NCBI GenBank assembly: GCA_049972095.1
Contig: JBMFKQ010000004.1
Location: 1-64,000 of the forward strand
Origin: Elusimicrobiales bacterium
GTDB lineage: Bacteria > Elusimicrobiota > Elusimicrobia > Elusimicrobiales > UBA9959
Direction: 5' to 3'
Length of the DNA: 64,000 nucleotides
In this document: positions 61,221 through 64,000 of the stretch, one piece after another
Position numbering within the stretch: position 1 is the stretch's first letter
Layout of the letters: every line of letters starts with the position of its first letter
Program-made: the position numbers and the translations under genes
The notes under the pieces: generated by a model
Seen by the model: the letters and a program-made list of their open reading frames with translations, nothing else
Databases searched by the model: none
What the model was told of the DNA's origin: nothing

Positions 61221-62540
61221 ATGCCAGAAGAAACAAAGCCAGATATAGTAATAATAGATGATGATCCAATGACAGGTGAACTTACAAAGGATCTATTAAG
61301 CGATGAGGGATTAAGTGTAATGCTTGTTGATGATTCAGCAAAGGCTTTAGAGATAATAAAAGAGATTAAGCCAAAATTGGTTATAAGCGATATAATGATG
61401 CCAGGAATAGATGGAATGGAGATATGTAAAAGGATAAAATCAAATCCTGAAACGAAAAATATAAAGGTCATAATAATGTCAGGAAAATCATATGAAAAAG
61501 AAAAACAAAGAGCAATGATGCTTGGAGCAGAGTATTTTATAACAAAACCATACAATACTGAAAAATTCTCAAAACTTGTAAAAGAAATTCTTCAAGGTTC
61601 TCCAACTGTCCCTTCAATTCCACCTCCTCCTTCTCAAATATTAAAAGAATCATCAACATTTTCTGCCTCAGATGTTAAAGAAAACACTATAAGAATTACT
61701 GCCTATGGCATTAGAGGACTTGGACCACAACTTCCTGAAAACCCATCAGAATACGGAAGACAAAGCATATGTATATCAGTTGAAACATCAAATGAGATCT
61801 TTATACTTGATGCTGGCAGTGGACTTTATCAGCTTGGCAAAGATCTTATTAGTTCCAAGCGCTTTTATCCAACGATATGGATATTTTTAACTCACTTCCA
61901 CATTGACAATATAATAGGGCTTCCACACTTTGAGCCCTTCCTTTATCCTGAGTTTAACATAAATATAGTTGGTTCAAATGATCCTGAAAAATCACTCAAA
62001 GATATAATAAAAACAAATCTTTATAGCTCATTTTCTCCTATCCCATCAACCCCCAAGGCTAAGATAAAACTTTATGAAGTAAAAGAAGAAAACTATGAGA
62101 TATCATCAAATGTTAAACTTGGAACAATCTACTCAAACCACCCAACCACAACAATGATATACTTTTTTAACATAAAAGGCATAAAACTGGTATTTGCTCC
62201 TGACAGTGAAATATGGGAAGAGGCAACTGTCTTTCAGGACTACAACGAAAGACTTGGAAGATTTGCAAACTCATCAAATATATTTATACATGATGCATAT
62301 TATGATTCGCAGGATTATGAAACAATGCATCATAAGGGACATTCATCCATATCAATAGCTGCAAAATTCGCAGTTAGAAACAAAATACAAAACTTCATCC
62401 CAATAAACATAAATCCAAATTATGATGATCTAAAAATAAATTCAATGCTTGAGGAAGCATATAAAACAATATCATCTTTCCCCCAGACACAGACTTCTCT
62501 TAAAATCATTAAGGAGAAGCAAAGCATTGTTATAGGCTAA
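61221..62540 (+). CDS. response-regulator receiver fused to an MBL-fold domain
   Basis: IIDDD, SDIMMPGIDG, TKP; then LDAGSG, THFHIDN, HP, GHS. Confidence 0.88.
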   Translation: MPEETKPDIVIIDDDPMTGELTKDLLSDEGLSVMLVDDSAKALEIIKEIKPKLVISDIMMPGIDGMEICKRIKSNPETKNIKVIIMSGKSYEKEKQRAMMLGAEYFITKPYNTEKFSKLVKEILQGSPTVPSIPPPPSQILKESSTFSASDVKENTIRITAYGIRGLGPQLPENPSEYGRQSICISVETSNEIFILDAGSGLYQLGKDLISSKRFYPTIWIFLTHFHIDNIIGLPHFEPFLYPEFNINIVGSNDPEKSLKDIIKTNLYSSFSPIPSTPKAKIKLYEVKEENYEISSNVKLGTIYSNHPTTTMIYFFNIKGIKLVFAPDSEIWEEATVFQDYNERLGRFANSSNIFIHDAYYDSQDYETMHHKGHSSISIAAKFAVRNKIQNFIPININPNYDDLKINSMLEEAYKTISSFPQTQTSLKIIKEKQSIVIG

Positions 62541-62556
62541 ATTTTAAGGAGGTCAG

Positions 62557-62859
62557 ATGGAAAACAGAAAAGATAAAAATACTAACGAGCTTCAGATAGA
62601 AATACAGGCAGATGATCAGATATCTCAAGGAGTCTATACAAATCTTGCAGGAATTACCCATAGTGAAACAGAGTTTATATTCGATTTCCTTTTTATGCAG
62701 CCAAATCAGCCAAAAGCAAAGCTAAGAGCAAGGATAATATCAAGCCCTATTCATACAAAGAGGTTTTTGCTTGCGCTTATGGAAAATATAAGAAGATATG
62801 AAGAAAGATTTGGTAAGATACCAGAAAGAGAATACACACCTCAAGGTGGGCATTCCTAA
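62557..62859 (+). CDS. DUF3467-like protein
   Basis: GVYTNLA..HSETEFIFDF, RIISSPIHTKR, YEERFG. Confidence 0.85.
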   Translation: MENRKDKNTNELQIEIQADDQISQGVYTNLAGITHSETEFIFDFLFMQPNQPKAKLRARIISSPIHTKRFLLALMENIRRYEERFGKIPEREYTPQGGHS

Positions 62860-62883
62860 AAGGGGAGTTAATATATCCCTTTT
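62858..62883 (+). terminator. possible intrinsic terminator
   Basis: AAAAGGGGA-loop-TCCCTTTT right after the stop codon. Confidence 0.45.
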
Positions 62884-62920
62884 CGCATTAACATTTTAGT
62901 AATATAGTAAAATTTATTAT

Positions 62921-63817
62921 ATGATTGACTCCTATCTATCAGGGGTTAGAAAAATAGTTGAAAGACGACTGAAAGATTACATAAAAACAAAAAGATATGC
63001 TCACCCATTATTAAAGAGATCAATGTTCTATTCGATCACAGCTGGTGGAAAGAGAATAAGGCCAGCGCTAATGATGCTTTTTTATGAGCTTTCAGGAAAA
63101 TCAAAACACCAGATAATAGATGCTGCATGTGCTATAGAAATGATACACACCTACTCACTCATACACGATGATCTACCCGCTATGGACAACGATGATCTAA
63201 GACGAGGCAAACCAACAAACCACAAGGTTTTCGGTGAAGCCATAGCAATACTTACAGGAGATGCTTTATTGACTGATGCTTTTCAAATGATTTGTTCGAT
63301 GAAAAATATAAAACCAGAATTTAGACTTAAAGCAGTTGAGATCTTGTCTCAAAAATCAGGTTCAAGCGGAATGGTCAGTGGGCAGGTGGCTGACATACTC
63401 TATGAAAAAACAAAGGAAAAAAACAAAGATAAACTCTCAAAAGCAGTATTGTATATACACACTCACAAAACTGCAGATATGATATCAGCTGCATGTATAA
63501 TTGGAAGGATTTTAAGTGGAAGGATGGATGACATTAAAACAGTGGAGAGATTTGCAATCCATTTAGGAATTGCCTTTCAAATCACCGATGATATACTTGA
63601 TGTAACACAAACTGTTGAAAAGCTTGGTAAAAAACCAAGCGATGAAAAAAATCAAAAACTTACATATGTTAGCCTTTATGGTATAGAAGGATCAAAAAAA
63701 ATAGCAGAATATGAAATAGGCAAATCTTTATCTGAACTAAAAAAAATTGAAGGGAAGAAAGAAATCAAAGATATAATAGAAAGTCTTTGTTATTTTATCA
63801 TAAAGAGAGAGCAATGA
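62921..63817 (+). CDS. ispA: polyprenyl (farnesyl) diphosphate synthase
   Basis: GGKRIRP, HDDLPAMDNDDLRRGKPT, FQITDDILD. Confidence 0.95.
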   Translation: MIDSYLSGVRKIVERRLKDYIKTKRYAHPLLKRSMFYSITAGGKRIRPALMMLFYELSGKSKHQIIDAACAIEMIHTYSLIHDDLPAMDNDDLRRGKPTNHKVFGEAIAILTGDALLTDAFQMICSMKNIKPEFRLKAVEILSQKSGSSGMVSGQVADILYEKTKEKNKDKLSKAVLYIHTHKTADMISAACIIGRILSGRMDDIKTVERFAIHLGIAFQITDDILDVTQTVEKLGKKPSDEKNQKLTYVSLYGIEGSKKIAEYEIGKSLSELKKIEGKKEIKDIIESLCYFIIKREQ

Positions 63818-64000
63818 GATATCTACCCTATATAAAAAACCCAGCTGATCTTAAAAGGCTAAGAGTTGAAGAACTGGATGAGGTAGCAAAAGAGATAAGA
63901 GAGCACATAATAAATGTTGTAAGTCATAACGGAGGGCACCTCGCGTCAAGCCTTGGGGCAGTAGATATCATAGTTGCACTTCATTATGTATATGATTCCC
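63814..64000 (+). CDS. dxs: 1-deoxy-D-xylulose-5-phosphate synthase, 5' part truncated by the window edge
   Basis: Read manually: MRYLPYIKNPADLK...GGHLASSLGAVDIIVALHYVYD; ATGA overlap with ispA. Confidence 0.95.
   Translation, partial: MRYLPYIKNPADLKRLRVEELDEVAKEIREHIINVVSHNGGHLASSLGAVDIIVALHYVYDS

Overview
AT-rich bacterial chromosomal segment, gene-dense and mostly housekeeping, using the standard genetic code. The gene set suggests a diderm anaerobe, possibly Elusimicrobiota-like (impression only, not tested). Order of content: lnt, secA, a sensor-like membrane protein, nitroreductase, pyrC/pyrD, a split DUF4254 pair and a GT9; hpf-hprK-rapZ and a complete mannose-family PTS with a GH57 glucanotransferase inserted in it; lepA, tRNA-Ser(UGA) and a short patch of gene remnants; rpsF-ssb-rpsR-rplI and lpdA; DUF1646-tryptophanase-glcD/E fusion-glcF; sucCD-corA-rimO-queC-queE-osmC; a divergent membrane pyrophosphatase operon; htrA-hypA-ATP-type hypB-BtuFCD-like ABC transporter; a group 3b NiFe hydrogenase with protease and CDF; uppP, a Cas4-like nuclease, rsmD, a receiver-MBL fusion, ispA and partial dxs. 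No CRISPR array, rRNA, transposase or integrase was seen. Best candidate for an undescribed system: a 496-aa polytopic membrane protein directly behind hppA that looks like a membrane-pyrophosphatase scaffold with its catalytic loops deleted (a pseudoenzyme partner). Other notable points are a Thermococcales-type HypA/HypB nickel-insertion pair coupled to an ABC importer, an SD-sequestering hairpin on htrA, several apparently leaderless genes, and a strand-composition switch suggesting the replication terminus. All family calls come from motif recognition by eye; no database search was run.
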